A stretch of 63,505 nucleotides of DNA, the filler included, from Choristocarpus tenellus KU-1152 (Eukaryota; Protista; Phaeophyceae): NCBI GenBank assembly GCA_964200185.2. It is 9 parts of 9 records of this genome, joined end to end, with 100 filler letters (N's around TTAATTAATTAA, not from the genome) between each part and the next. Parts side by side here need not be neighbours in the genome. Positions count along the whole stretch, not along the records: positions 1 to 5,364 come from CAXNAD020011029.1; positions 5,465 to 17,021 come from CAXNAD020002257.1; 7 more parts are not named here. One strand, given 5' to 3'. The notes beneath the pieces were generated by a model. The model did not search any database and had not been told where the DNA came from. It was given only the letters and a program-made list of their open reading frames with translations. Positions 1 through 13,100 of this stretch are shown here, piece by piece. A program made the translations under genes and the position numbers. Position 1 is the first letter of the stretch. Each line of letters begins with the position of its first letter.

Positions 1-105
1 TTCTTCTTCTTGGCTGCTGCCTTCTTCTTGGCCGGAGCCTTCTTGGCTGCTGCCTTCTTCTTGGCCGGAGCCTTCTTGGCTGCTGCCTTCTTCTTCGCAG
101 GCGCC
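1..105 (-). repeat. 33-bp coding-type tandem repeat encoding histone H1-like Lys/Ala/Pro repeats (KKKAAAKKAPA, about 3 units), truncated by the window edge
   Basis: Minus strand reads APAKKKAAAKKAPAKKKAAAKKAPAKKKAAAKKK; plus-strand unit ttcttcttggccggagccttcttggctgctgcc. Confidence 0.7.
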
Positions 106-419
106 CCCCAATTTTTTTTAATACTCTTGCTATGTTCAGCCCCAACATTTCCTTTCAAGAGTGAAAGTCCGGAGCAGTCACACCCAACCACTCCGTAACA
201 TCCAGTTGAGGCCTGAGGTGATGCCAGTAGTAGCTCATCTCTCGTCTTCATGCCCCTGCCCTCCACTTGATACTCCTCGACAATATGCCCCACGATCAGG
301 TCATCAAGAAGAAGCTCCACCCCCAGCATTTTGGACCACACTGTCAAATGAGGGTGAGTGATTGGGTTGATCAACTTCGAGGTGCACCGTTGGTTCGACA
401 CACACCGCCATCTGCACCC

Positions 420-3215
420 TCAATCTCCTTCCTTGTGGACACCATTTCCAGATGTTTCACCCGGCAACCCCTCGGCTTTATCTCCCCCTGCCCCTGGCAC
501 TGTTCCGAGAATGGTGTCTAAGGGAGGCACAGTGAAGGCCAGCCAGCAGCTATCATCTTTGAGATGATGAAGAGTGTGATGCCGCTTCAGGGCCTTCCAA
601 AGTTTTGACTGTGGCACCACCCTGCACAAGGTATTACAGAGGTGTGGAAAGCACAGATGGGACTCTTGTGAGTTGCTCACACAGCCACGAGCCGCCCTCT
701 GGCTACCAACCCACACACACATACGTGACCCACCAAATATTCCCTCAAGAGTAAGAATCGTAGGAGCAGGGTCAAGAACACAAAACAAAGGCGTACATGG
801 TGTGCAAAAGGGGACAAAGGTGAACATGAATGCACAGCAGGGGGAAGGGGGGAGCAAGGAGGTTAGAAGCGCCACTGTGATCATGAAGCAAGAGCAGAAA
901 ATGTGTTCCTAAGCTGTGCTCCACGTGTGATGAAACACTCCCAGCCCCAGCCCCAACGAAAACCTCCCTCCCCCACCCGTGCAAATCCCTTTGCATTTAA
1001 AAACTCCCCAAACCTTGTGTGCACAATGTAGTGCGTCCACTCGTATACCAATCCCATGGTCATGTAGCACCCCAGAACCGTGAGGGACAGTGGTGCTGGG
1101 AGTACAACAAAAAATATGGTGGCTGCAGCTATGGTCCATGCAATGACAAGGTCTGGGGGGTCCAATGACACATGATAGAATGGGAGATCATGGTGGTTCT
1201 TGTGAACCTCGTATCCAAGCCATTCCTAATGTCAGGAGAGGGAAACATGGAAGGAGGTAGGGAGGGATTTGAAAGGAGATGGTGGGGCATGTTCTAAAAA
1301 AGTTGTTTTTTGCCTTGTCAAGGTTAGTTGGTGAAACCAGGGAGGATGCACCCTAAACCTTCAGTATGTATAGGAGTTGGGGTCTCTCTCAGAACAGGCC
1401 TCCTGTTTGAATACAAATGTTGGCAATGTGTATAGATACCCCATGCATGATTATTACAGTGCCACTTGTGAATTACTTTTGACAATGGGACAAGGTGATT
1501 GCACAATGAAACTGACAGTCAACCTCCATGTAGTTCCCCCTTAATCGCCCCCATAGATGCTATCTCACTACAATTTGCTGGAATTTTTGTCCTCCTAGCG
1601 CTGCCAAGAAGACTTATTGAAGCCCATCGCAAGAAATCAGCGCAAGAAATCAGAGATGTTTGGTGACAAGCATTTGAAAAAAGGACAAATTTCGTTGTTG
1701 TCATATTACAAAAAGTGACCGTTGGCAGGACAGTTTAATGGTTCAAGGACGTTTCAATAAGTGAGAAACATCATACCCTATAAATGACTAAACTGCGTAA
1801 CATGTTGATAGCTGCGAAGTAATGCTCTGGTCAGCAGACTGGCTTTTGTGTGCTATGATACCTCAAAACCGTGTAGCAAGAACCGGTGGATAGCCCACTC
1901 CTGGATACTCCAACCAGCAGCAACAACGGGCAATGCCATAGCATCAGCAACACCTAAGGGACATGCTGCTGTGCGTGCAATAAAAGTCACTGCTACACCT
2001 GTTGGAAATGACAGGAAAGTGTACCAGGGGTGGGGAGGGGGGGGATATCAAAACTGAGGTATGTAGTAGTGAAGTGGGTACATCGAGAAGGAGATTATAG
2101 GCAGCGTGTGGGGAAATTATAGTGCCATGATTCATGCTACAGTGAAATTACAAATAAGGGCACCCCATGGACTGGATTCAGTCTTGCCCTCGAGAACGTC
2201 AAAGAACAAGACTGTCAATGATGTCGCTAGAAAATCACGTCAACAAATGTAACACATACTTATCCACTATCTTCACAGCTCCCTCAGGTACCCTATTTTG
2301 ACTCTTCATTCTATTATCCGGCGAGAAAATTCTCAGTCGACAGAATATCTACTTGGCTTGGGAGTAGCACCTTTACCTGAAACGATCAATCTTGGTGTAG
2401 AGTGACCCAAGAAGGTGTCCACAGCTTCTGGTAGGGTGCAAGGCACGTCAAAGTTGACACTCGGCCACCTCCTTAGCACTTCCTTTAGTCCAGGGTAGAG
2501 AGTACAACATAAAATTTTCATTCAAAACGTCTTCGGGAAGAGTGGCACTGAAAATTGCAAAATACGGTAGGCAGTCGAGGTGTCAGGGGCAATGAGCCTA
2601 CCTCTCTGGGAAGCTGCCTCGCGTCCACTAGGGTCTTCGGTTTATCCCTGATTGCAGGGGATGCATAATACGTTGAATTAGTACGCAGGGTTAGGTTCAC
2701 AAGATTGGCGGGTTGGAAACGAAGAGTGGAAATATCTTAAAACGCAGTTAAACGATGATGTCATGGGTCAACAGACAGTAGTTGCGACTTTTGCATCTCT
2801 TCTCCAGACCGAAATCCCATCTAACAGCAAACACTTGAGCAGCTCAGAACAATCGGTCAATTCCATCAAGTAGTAACAAGCAATAAGGCTACAGCCTCAA
2901 TATGGAAAGCTCTTCGGAGGGGACACAGTGAATGGCGAGGGGCTCACCCAAATGAATGCCAACTCACCCAAATCGATCTCCATTGACAATCTTCTTGGCA
3001 TCAACTCCCAGATCTACCACCACAGTAGCTGGATTCACCACAGTAGGATAAATCGAGGACGCCTCTGCGGCTGCCAAACCTACTCGACTTGAACGAGCTG
3101 AGAACGCTTGTGTTTGTGGCGACTTCCCGACATGTGGAGACCACAGGCCTCCACATTGAAGCGCTACGCAAGGTGATACACATGCCACACCTGCAAGGAG
3201 TTGGATAGCCTTCAT
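420..3215 (-). CDS. Fatty acid hydroxylase/sterol desaturase superfamily membrane di-iron enzyme, 6 exons (approx. 3215-2968, 2647-2602, 2482-2377, 1998-1862, 1225-1014, 621-420)
   Basis: His boxes EWAIHRFLLH, HKNHH, YEWTHYIVH and KRHHTLHH in frame-compatible GT-AG exons; N-terminal signal-peptide-like MKAIQLLAGVACVSPCVA followed by a Ser/Ala/Arg-rich stretch (possible plastid targeting). Confidence 0.88.
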
Positions 3216-3735
3216 GAAAATTACTCAAGGAGCCGAGAACTACAGCAGGACCAGCTAGCGTGTCTATTTTGTAATCTAAACCTTCTCCATGTCACTTGAC
3301 ACATAAAATGATCGTGCATACTGTACTAACTATTTTCATGTAGTTTGTATGAAAGAAAATTGAAGTATTGATGGTACAAACCCCTTACTTTCTCACAAAA
3401 AACTTGCCACCTGGACATGGATTATCTCGTTCAGATTGAATGCGATCATTAACCAATAAAGTCGATATGTTAAATATATCTATTTAAATTAGGTATAAAT
3501 ATATCCTTGTTTGTGAAAAGAGTTAATATATACGTCAACTTGATCGATTGTCCCAAGCGACACCTTCAACATAAAAGTGACCATCTGTTAACTTTGCAAA
3601 GAGGTACCAACCGCCCTCCCTACCTGCTTCTTTTTTAGTGGAGGACTGAAGAGGGTTGCGCTTATATTTGTCAAATTTGACACACGGTTCATCCCTGTGA
3701 CCAAGCTTCCCTCCTAAATCTCGATTTGTTGTTGC

Positions 3736-5202
3736 ATGGACAGCGTGTCCTTTGTGGTGGTAGTCCCCACCATGCCACATCGTTTTAGTTTGTATCGTGG
3801 TAGGAGGCGACGACGAACTATCGCAGCTGGAGCCAGGGCAATTGCCTGCAGCTGCCTATTGGGATTGGCAACTGTGAGTGGATTGATATTTTCAGGTTCG
3901 TCGAGGTTGAAAAACTTCACACGTTGCGTTGCTTCTGGGTGCCATGGGGGAACAGGACCTGGATATGGAGAGAGGGGACTGTCAGGGGTGAAAGCCAGGG
4001 TTGGGCATTCTTCAGTACCTGCACATGGATTGTTGCGTATGTCAACGATCGAGAAACCAGTGAAAGATCGTAGCCAGGTAGAGTATAACCAAAAATTGGA
4101 GACTATATTTGGGAACAACAGGAAGGCAAGACTGGACTCTGGCATCAAGAACGTCGAAGGAATGAAAGTGACTGGCGGGTGAGACAATCTTTGCTTGAGG
4201 TTGGTAATGGAATGGTCGGCTTGTCAGAAACTCTGACGCTGGATTGTATGGACTCTTCACCCATATCAGGAATAGGGCAGTACACACATTCCAGGGAACG
4301 ACACTCAAGGGGCGGCGCATTTCCAACCTTTCAACGGTTGGTTGGAATTCGAGACAAACAGTTCCGACTCAATCGAAGACTTGAATTAATGAACAACATA
4401 TCTTTTTCGCACTCCCTCAGGGACAATTCCGTTTACAAGATACACAGCAATGTCTTGAAGACGAGACTCCTCACAAGGGAGGAAGAATACGAGCTAGGGT
4501 CAATGATCCAGCTTCTTATGGGGTACGAGGAGGCAAAGGATAAACTCAAGGTGTCGCTTGGGAGAGTGCCCTCGGATGCCGAGTGGGCGAAAGCTTGCAA
4601 GATCGAATTGCGAAGCTTTCGAGTGAGTTGCAGTCTACATAACAGAGACGTGCTTTTTGCGTTCTTTTCTTTTTGCGTTCCTCGTCGAGTAGTCACCACC
4701 ACAGTTCCAGGGAAATCTGTCATGTGGCACATGTTGACAAGATTGACCTTATTTTCCCTTGCCTTGTACTCACTAATTTGTTGGCCACACCCTAATTTCT
4801 TATGTTCGATAATGCCACTTCTGTACTCTTTTAATTTTTTTTGGCGCTGGGAGTAACTACTCACTCTGCTGCCCCCCGTCCCGTCCCCCCCTCTCAAAAA
4901 TTTGTCTCGACTGCTGCAAACTCTCCTTTTCAACCTGTCCCCTCCCTTGTCCCTCCTATGCCTTCTTTTTGTGGCAGGAACAAGTTGTGCGGTACACCAA
5001 GGCAAAGCACGCAATGATAAGGTCAAATGTGCGCATGGTGAAGGCAATAGCTAGGAGATATAGGACCTTGGGGGTTAGTGAGGAGGACCTCTTCCAGGAA
5101 GGGACGGCGGGGCTGGTTCGTGCGGTTGAAAAGTATGACCCGGTTCGAGGCTGCAGGTTCAGCACCTACGCCAGTTGGTGGATACAACAGGCGATTTTCA
5201 AT
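3736..5202 (+). CDS. Nucleus-encoded plastid RNA polymerase sigma-70 factor, 5' part (3' exons lost at the gap; start codon uncertain)
   Basis: Region 1.2 RLLTREEEYELG in an exon ending at 4622 (GTGAGT donor); region 2 in exon 4978-5202: MIRSNVRMVKAIARRY...DLFQEGTAGLVRAVEKYDPVRGCRFSTYASWWIQQAI. Confidence 0.92.
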
Positions 5203-5364
5203 GTGAGTATCTTTTCCTCAATCAAGTTTTGTTTTGCAGGGAGATGTTTAGTGGGAGGGGGGAGGGGGAGGGGGGGGGGGGAGGGGGGGGGTGATGGGGA
5301 TGGGGCGGGAGGGGGTGTGGGGAGCGGAGGGGCGGCGTGTAGGGCTAGGGGGTCGATCTCGGTG

Positions 5365-5464
5365 NNNNNNNNNNNNNNNNNNNNNNNNNNNNNNNNNNNN
5401 NNNNNNNNTTAATTAATTAANNNNNNNNNNNNNNNNNNNNNNNNNNNNNNNNNNNNNNNNNNNN
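5365..5464. other. Artificial contig linker N44-TTAATTAATTAA-N44; identical linkers at 17022-17121, 22912-23011, 36162-36261, 45264-45363, 48956-49055, 55098-55197, 60819-60918
   Basis: Eight identical 100-nt spacers with a core giving stop codons in all six frames. Confidence 0.98.
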
Positions 5465-5568
5465 CTCTCCCGTATATCAAGATATCAAGAACCCTCTCCC
5501 GTATATCAAGATATCAAGAACCCTCTCCCGTATATCAAGATATCAAGAACCCTCTCCCGTATATCAAG
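5465..5568. repeat. 29-bp minisatellite, about 3.6 copies
   Basis: Unit ctctcccgtatatcaagatatcaagaacc repeated perfectly at the contig start. Confidence 0.92.
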
Positions 5569-5847
5569 CGATCTCTCATGAAGGCATGTAGCATACTCGT
5601 ACTTCCCCTGAGCGGGGATGGAGGTAAATGCTGTCAGGCACGCTCAACAATTTAGAAACAAGGTAAAAAAATACCCATATAAACTAAACCCTACTCTAAT
5701 CCACACCAACAACCAAACATGTATTTCGTTCTAAATACACTATATCCAATGACATGGTGAGTGTAGCACAGCGTCACCAATAGAAACGACATGCAAGCGG
5801 AAAGATTCCAATTCAACGATAAATTTCCAGTTCAACGATAAACTTCC

Positions 5848-6108
5848 GAGTGTAAGTATCTTAGGGTTAGGGTACGAGTTTTGCCCTGTTTGTCCATTTG
5901 GGGCTTGACTTCCTATGGGCGTTTTATTACATTTTCCTTCTCCAAATGTCTCCGAGTGGGTAAAATGTGTATGTTATTAGAAGGCGTGTCCAGAATATCG
6001 ACATGGACACTTCCTAACACACACAATAGCCAAGATTTCATCCAAATTGCAACATTGGACTTTGGCTCCCAAATGGATGCGGCTGTACCCTCTAAGATAC
6101 TTTGGCTC
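5848..6108 (+). mobile_element. ~260-bp MITE family A copy with TTCC target-site duplication
   Basis: Ends gagtgtaagtatcttagggttagggtac...taccctctaagatactttggctc; TTCC at 5844-5847 and 6109-6112. Confidence 0.88.
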
Positions 6109-7145
6109 TTCCAATTCAACGATAAATTTTTAAACGCTTGGTATAGGTAGTACGGGCTTGCACTCCACAAAGCCCCTTGTGCTTGTATCAACACATGCGT
6201 ATTAGAGTCTTCTCAACTGTCAAATCTCACAGTCTGCATGTTTTCATCAGCATCAATGGTTGAGCGTTATCATGTACTCTAGAGTATGTAACAGATTCTT
6301 GTTGTAGTATATCCAAATTATGAAAAAAAAGTTTCAACGCAACCTTGCAATACAGTAGTGATCATTGTTTGACTTCTGGGATTTCATCACATGAGGTTCA
6401 GCATATCACCACTGAGCACACCGATAAACAATTACACCCTACACACCCCACTACTATTCTCCCGCAGGTCCTTCACCTCACCACCATAATAAACACAATG
6501 AGTACGTAACTTTCTCACCTAGGTGTCTCCACCACACAGGTACAAGATATGACTTCCGTGAGCAGAATCATGGATATTCTTCCCTACAAAACCTCTCCAA
6601 TAGACCTATATATAATTTCTGTGTTCAAACCATCTCTCTCCAGGACACTTGAGTGATACCATCTAAGAGGATGGTGTCGTCAAGCATTAAGGGTCCCCAT
6701 GACTGCTGGTGGCACATATTTTTAAGCACTATGATGAGCACTTTCTGCTAGCAATGTATTTACAACTGATTTTCTCTTTTACACTCACACCCTCCTCAGG
6801 GAGTAAACTTCATTTCAGAAATGGGCATGGTGCATGCTGCACAATTTTTTAGAGGACTTGAACTCAAAATGGCCTAAATTGGTCCCCCTTAAACGCCATT
6901 CAACTCCTCAATGCTTACCCCTCATAACAAATGCCCTATGTATACAAAGATGATGCAGTGAAACAAATGACTAACTACTGTAATACGACGAAACCTTGCC
7001 ATAAACCAGAATTATTTCAGAAAAGTAGGCCTATTAGTATGCATCCAGAATTATCTCAATGGTCACAATACTAACAGGCCTCAACCTTGTCTCCAGTATA
7101 CAATACTAGCTTGTACAAGATTTTGTGTGGATTCACATTACTCAC

Positions 7146-10100
7146 CTGAACATGCCGTAGCACAGCTAAATTATGTAGGGAATCAGCGATGTCTGGGTGG
7201 TCAGCCCTCAATACCCTCTCACGCATTTCAAGCGACTGCTGATAATGGGATGCCGCATCCTCATACTTCCCCTGGACAGATGGAAGGAAACATTTGTAAG
7301 ATGTCAAAATTTGATAAACAAGATCTACAAAAACTCTACCTGTAAACATCGATACTCACCACTCCAAAGCATGCACTTCTTTCTAAGTACACAACGCTCA
7401 CCCATGTGATGCATCTGATGAGTGAGGGACGAATATATAAAGGACATGTGAAGGAAGCATGACCTACCCTACAACATGCCTATTGTAGTCAAGGTTTGAC
7501 CACTCTTACATTGAAAAAATGAACAGGAAACGAGATATGCGCTACATATTTTGCATGTTACTTCCTCTGTTCGGAATTAAACGTAAAATAACTTTTGGGC
7601 CCCCGATTAAGAAATATTTTTTCATACCTTCATACATTGTAGGTGTATTGCTCAGACACTAGAATATTGCCATTCAAATCTCAAGTAAATTGAGGCAGCC
7701 TGCACTTATCAATGATTCTGCCCCCGAAACCCTCAAAAACTTCATTCCAGCAAGGTATTTCGCCGAATCCATAGGGGCATTCAGGGAGAGCTTGCCGGCC
7801 TTCTCAAGCATTTTCCTTCCGAAGATGGGGATGTTGAAGACGCTGTCACCCCTTGGACCCCAGCACTTCACTGTCGACTGCTAAGAGACTCTGCCAGATG
7901 TGCTCTCTAATGTCTCCTAGGGGTACACATTGAACGCCCCTGTTGTGGCCTCCACCAGCTCCTCTGTGTTGGTTGCCTCCACGTCTTCCTTCGGTTGCTG
8001 GATGAAATGGAAGAGTCCCAGGTCGTTGGCATTGAGGTCAGGTGATTTGGCTGGCCGGGTCTCTATGATAACATCGTCCCCCACTGCCTCCTTGATTGCC
8101 TCTATGATCCCCTCCCTTGGTGTATGGATTTGCCCCAACCTGCTGCACGAAGATGATGTGTCCTTCCGACCTAGGTATGCGGACCTTGATTGCTGGGATG
8201 ACACCATTGATCGTGAGCTTCTTTTACCTCTCTCCATCCACTGTGGCTGGCACAAGCACCTTGGTCCCTTGGGTCGGTGTTTGCTAGAGAGCTTTTGAGC
8301 AACCTTAGTGTCCACGATACACCAGATCCCGATTTTCCCATCAAGCACACCACTGGAGAGCTTCCTAGGGCAGGCCACAGCTGCAAGGAACATCATCTTC
8401 GTAATGCAATGCTATTTTCTGCGAGTGGGGGGTTGGGGGGGTCCTCAGTGCAGTGCAGGCACATACCTTGCCCATCTTTGAGGATGTACAACCACTCCTC
8501 GACCAGATACACCCAGTATAGATCGTCCACTAATACCCCACTTTCCCCCCCTCCTGTGTGCGCGGCTGATAACAAAACCCATCCTGTTGTCTTTCTGCTG
8601 GTCTGGGAGGACTGGCTTAATCCACCAATTGACCTTCTTGACCTTCTTGCGCTTGCATAGATCCCGCAACGAGGCAAGGGAAACCCCAGCATTGGTCACC
8701 CATGTGCGGAAGGGTGTGCGATGCACTGATGGGGCATCCAAAACGTCAAGGATACTTGTATGGCGGCCACATCGACCCTTACGACGTCGTACAAGGTCTA
8801 TGCATTCACCCCGTAGGATCTGGCTGTCATACTCCTTCAGATGACTGAACACGATGATTCAGGATATTCCAAATTCCTCCACGATGACCACGGCAATACG
8901 CCCACATCCCCCGAAGCGGCCGAGTCTTGCGCCCTCTCACCTCCAGGAATCGCGCCACCACGCTTTTCATCATCGGGGTGTTTGAGTCTGGACCCCGGAC
9001 AGACTTCTGGGTCGAAGAATTAGGACCGACGGGCGACGACGAGATGAGCAAGTCGCTTGAACGACGGGGGGCCTTCATCCTAGGCATACCAAAAAATATT
9101 TCCACAGTTTCACAAGGTTTTTTGAACCCTGTCAAATGTGACTTGGTCGACTTTGCACTAGTGATCCTCCACAGTCATGACATCCCACCATCTGAAACCT
9201 TGCACCCCTCCCAATCTATAAGAAACCTAAGGGTCATCCAGGGGGTTTATCACATTGGTTGTTCCCAGGCAAGAACAGAGCTTGCAAAAGGTATGTTACG
9301 TTTAATTCCGAACAGAGGAAGTATTTATATTCAGATACTTGAAGTATTGTGAAAAACACTACATTGGGTAAAGTTCAATTTTGTAAAAAGACGGGATTGA
9401 TACAAAATCTACGAGAGAGAAAAGGGCCGTAGATCCTCTAGACCAAAATAGGCTAAAATAATAAATCGTTTTCACCACATATAATACATACATTTCATCA
9501 TTTGTGTGCAAATGTTGACTCAAGACTACAACAAACTAATACTAACTGGAGTAATTAATAATACGCCCCATGAATACAATTTATGTTTTATAACTGCTGG
9601 AGGTATAGGACAAGAAAAATCAAAAGCAAACTCAAGATCCAAGAGAAGCGATGAATGACTTTTGATTATAGGAAAGACGTAAGTCTTGCTGATTGGTGGA
9701 TGAATCAATACTGCTATCCCCTCTAAATGTGATCTCCAACTTACTTACAGATGGACGAGGTATGCTAATGTTTTTCGAGATCTGAGGTTCAGATGTGTTG
9801 GAAAGGAACACGTGTTGTAAAGGGGAAACACAAAAGATTGGTTAGTGATGGACTCCTTCAAGTAGTAGTACACAAGAGTATCACATATGCATGTGAAGAA
9901 AATATAACACATACAAAGTAAAACAACGATTGATCGGCCGCAGGGGAACATGTGGGCACACTTTCTTGTCAAACCTAACAAGTGTTTGTAGGTGATAATT
10001 ATTTTTTTGTGTATTCATATAATGAAAGCTATCTATTGAACTTCAGGCAAACATGAACTGCTGCGATGATGTTGATCAGTATTAACAGTGCTGATCATAA

Positions 10101-13100
10101 ACCTCAGAAATGCATCAATTAGTGGATGTTGACGAGCCAAACAGTTGGAAAACCCTTAACACAATACACCAATGGACAACCCCGGAAATTGCCATTTTTT
10201 TATGTACGGGCCATCAATTAGAGGTACACTATAATTCACAACTAACCATAGCAAATAGAATATCCCCACGTTGTTTTGTTGCCTCAGCTGATAAAGGATG
10301 CTCATCTCCAATTCCTCCATCAACGCTCAGCATGTCAAGTGCCCTCAATGTCAACTTATCTGCCTCATCATATAGACCCTGGACAGAAAATAAGGAGCAA
10401 AATCATGAAGCTTAAACTCAGGCTCAAAGTATCTGGGGGGGGTGGGGGGTGTACAACAGGGTGTTCATTCGGGACCTGATCAGGAGAAGTGCACTTACAT
10501 TAGATACTTGAGCCTCAGTGTTAAAAACCGCTGTGATAAATTGAATCCAAGAATAATCAGAATCACATTGAATCTATCACCTAGTCCACTATTTACTATT
10601 TCCTCTCTTGTGCATGCTGTGCAATCTTTTTATTTTTTCCTGCGATGCTTGGAAGTGCTTGGTGCTTCAGACATGCTTCGATCCAGTATATTGAGTCATC
10701 GATTTTTTGACCAAATGAATGCATATTCAACTATTGCAAATCAGCATTCTAAGCTATCAATCATGGACAGAGAGAAAAAGTATCTTAGAGGGTACGAGTT
10801 TTGCCCTGTTTGTCCATTTGGGGCTTGACTTCCCATGTCTTTTTTAATGAATTTTTTCTACTCCAAAATGTTTCGGAGTAGGTAAAATGTATACGTTATG
10901 AAAAGGTTTGTCCGAAACATAGATATTGACACTTCCTGACAAACACGATAACCAAAATTACATCAAGATCACAACATTGGATTTTGACCACTAAATGAAC
11001 GCGGCTCTACCCTCTAACATACTTTGGCTTTGACCAAGGCTTCAACAACGGATAGTGCAGGTGTATTCGGCAGTCCTTTCTTCAACTGATTTCTACCCCA
11101 GAAGAGTGGAATTATTTTGGAGGGTACAAATTTGCCCTGTTTGTCTGTGTGGGGCTTGGCTTCTCACGGGCTTTTTATGACATTTCCCTATTCCGAAGTG
11201 TTTCGGAGTATGTACAATGTATACACTATGCAAAGGTGTGTTCGGAACAAGGATATTGACACTTCCTAACAAACACAATAGGCAAGATCCCATCAAAATC
11301 GCAACATTGGATTTTGGCCCCCAAATGGACGCGCCTCTACCCTATAAGATACTTTGACTCAGAACGAATTCGGAGCAGGAAATTCCACTGTTCTATTCCT
11401 GGCAGAGTTGTATACCTCATACAATTTTAGTGACTAATTTTCGAAACATTTGAGATGAATCAAACATGCCTGACCCATTCAATAGGCATGCACCTACTCA
11501 GTATTGGATCAAGAATATAGTGTGAAAAAGGAACAGATACTTCCCCATTATGTTGGGTGATGCTGGCTTGAGTTAAAACAATCCGCACTGCATGACTCAA
11601 GGAAGACGACTACAAAGGTAATAGTTTGAAGAGGATAAGGCATACAGCCCAAGTGTTGCCCTCCAGATTACCGAGATGGGGGTAGAGTAACGCAGTCCAA
11701 AAACAAGCAAATATTGTGTTATGTACACTATAAACTTGTCGGGCAGTGAATTTGGGGAAGATCATTCAAGCTCATGAGGGAGGATGGCTGAGAAAGAGGG
11801 TGGGGAAGGAAATCCTTACTCCCTCTCTCTTGTACTTCGTATGTTTGTTTGTTTGATCAATAAGTTGGAAAGCTAAGGCTCAGTAGAGCGAGTGTCACCA
11901 CAAGACGGAAACCCCTTTAGTTAGATAATTGATTGATGTCTTCAATACAAACATCATTCCTATCAACACACCGTTATGCTCAAATCCATACACCCAGCTA
12001 CATCAACTGTGATTTCCAACCAACAAAGAGTTCTACCAAGCATCACAGAACAGGTAGGGCAACATCTCCATTGTACCCACTTCACAGTATATAGACCAAA
12101 AAAGAAAAAGGTGCAGCATTACAACAAGTCCTAACAACCACTTGTACATGTACTATTTATGCTTGAAACACAGATCATCACGTAAAAAAAACAATATCTA
12201 GTCACAATTTCAACGAGGTGTTCAACTAATATGAGTGCTTTCTTAGGCGATTCACTGAGTAAGACTAGATATCTCCTCATTTCGGCTGTAGGAAATCAGA
12301 GTTTGGTGGAGGGAGGGATATGGCCTCATCATAATTACCGCCATTTGTAATTAATTCAACATATTCCATCAAGGGTATCGTTTGTCGTTACACCAATCCA
12401 GCCCACCAGCTCAACCGAAACCTGATCTCCCTAAGTGTCAACGTGCCAATCCAATATTTTCATTCTTGATCGATCAATCAATTTTAGTACAAAACTTCTT
12501 ACACAAATGAACCTACTTCTTTCTGCCTCTTACACGCACGGACATTCTCTAGTGAGTGAGTCCTACTAAACAAACCACTCTGTGATGCACCTTACTGGTG
12601 ACTAAGACTAGATCAGATTCAACGTGTATCATCAAAGCACCACTACACTAGACATGTTGGAGTCGTTCTTGCCTGAGCTATCATTGAAGGAACCATGTTG
12701 CATATTGTTTTTGCAACATCCATTTTAGCTCTTCGAACTCCAGATCCTCCTGGGACCTGGGCCAACTTCAGTCGCTCATTTGTTGTAGTGTAGACCTATT
12801 AAAGAACAGAGGGTTCAAGTAGCACTCATCAGTATCAAACTTCATTCAAAACTTCGCTAACAATAAAAAGCACAATACCACACCTTTCGCCACTCCTTCA
12901 CAGACTCGCTGTATCTCCCACTCATATGCAGAGTTGCTGGCAATGCATCCCTTAGTCCTTTCCAGTCCTCTTTGGCAAGCTCGACCATTTTCTCCGTAAC
13001 CTCAACATTCCTGTGGTGGAAAAGATGGTAAGGTTCCATTGCATGTGTGACATGAAGGTCTCTCGCCCACTCGTACACTTTGTGTGACCCTTCCTTAAGG

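Noticed and set aside
10-198. Plus-strand ORF AAAFFLAGAFL and many other short ORF-track entries
   Set aside because: Antisense shadows of real exons or chance ORFs in MITEs and introns
4179-5202. Sigma-70 as bacterial contamination or recent HGT
   Set aside because: Has spliceosomal introns; nucleus-encoded plastid sigma factors are normal in algae
5465-5568. 29-bp repeat as a CRISPR array
   Set aside because: Head-to-tail copies with no spacers
12270-12345. GNYDEAISL TPR-like start within the SAS-TPR gene intron
   Set aside because: No suitable acceptor and an early stop; may be a decayed exon but cannot be supported
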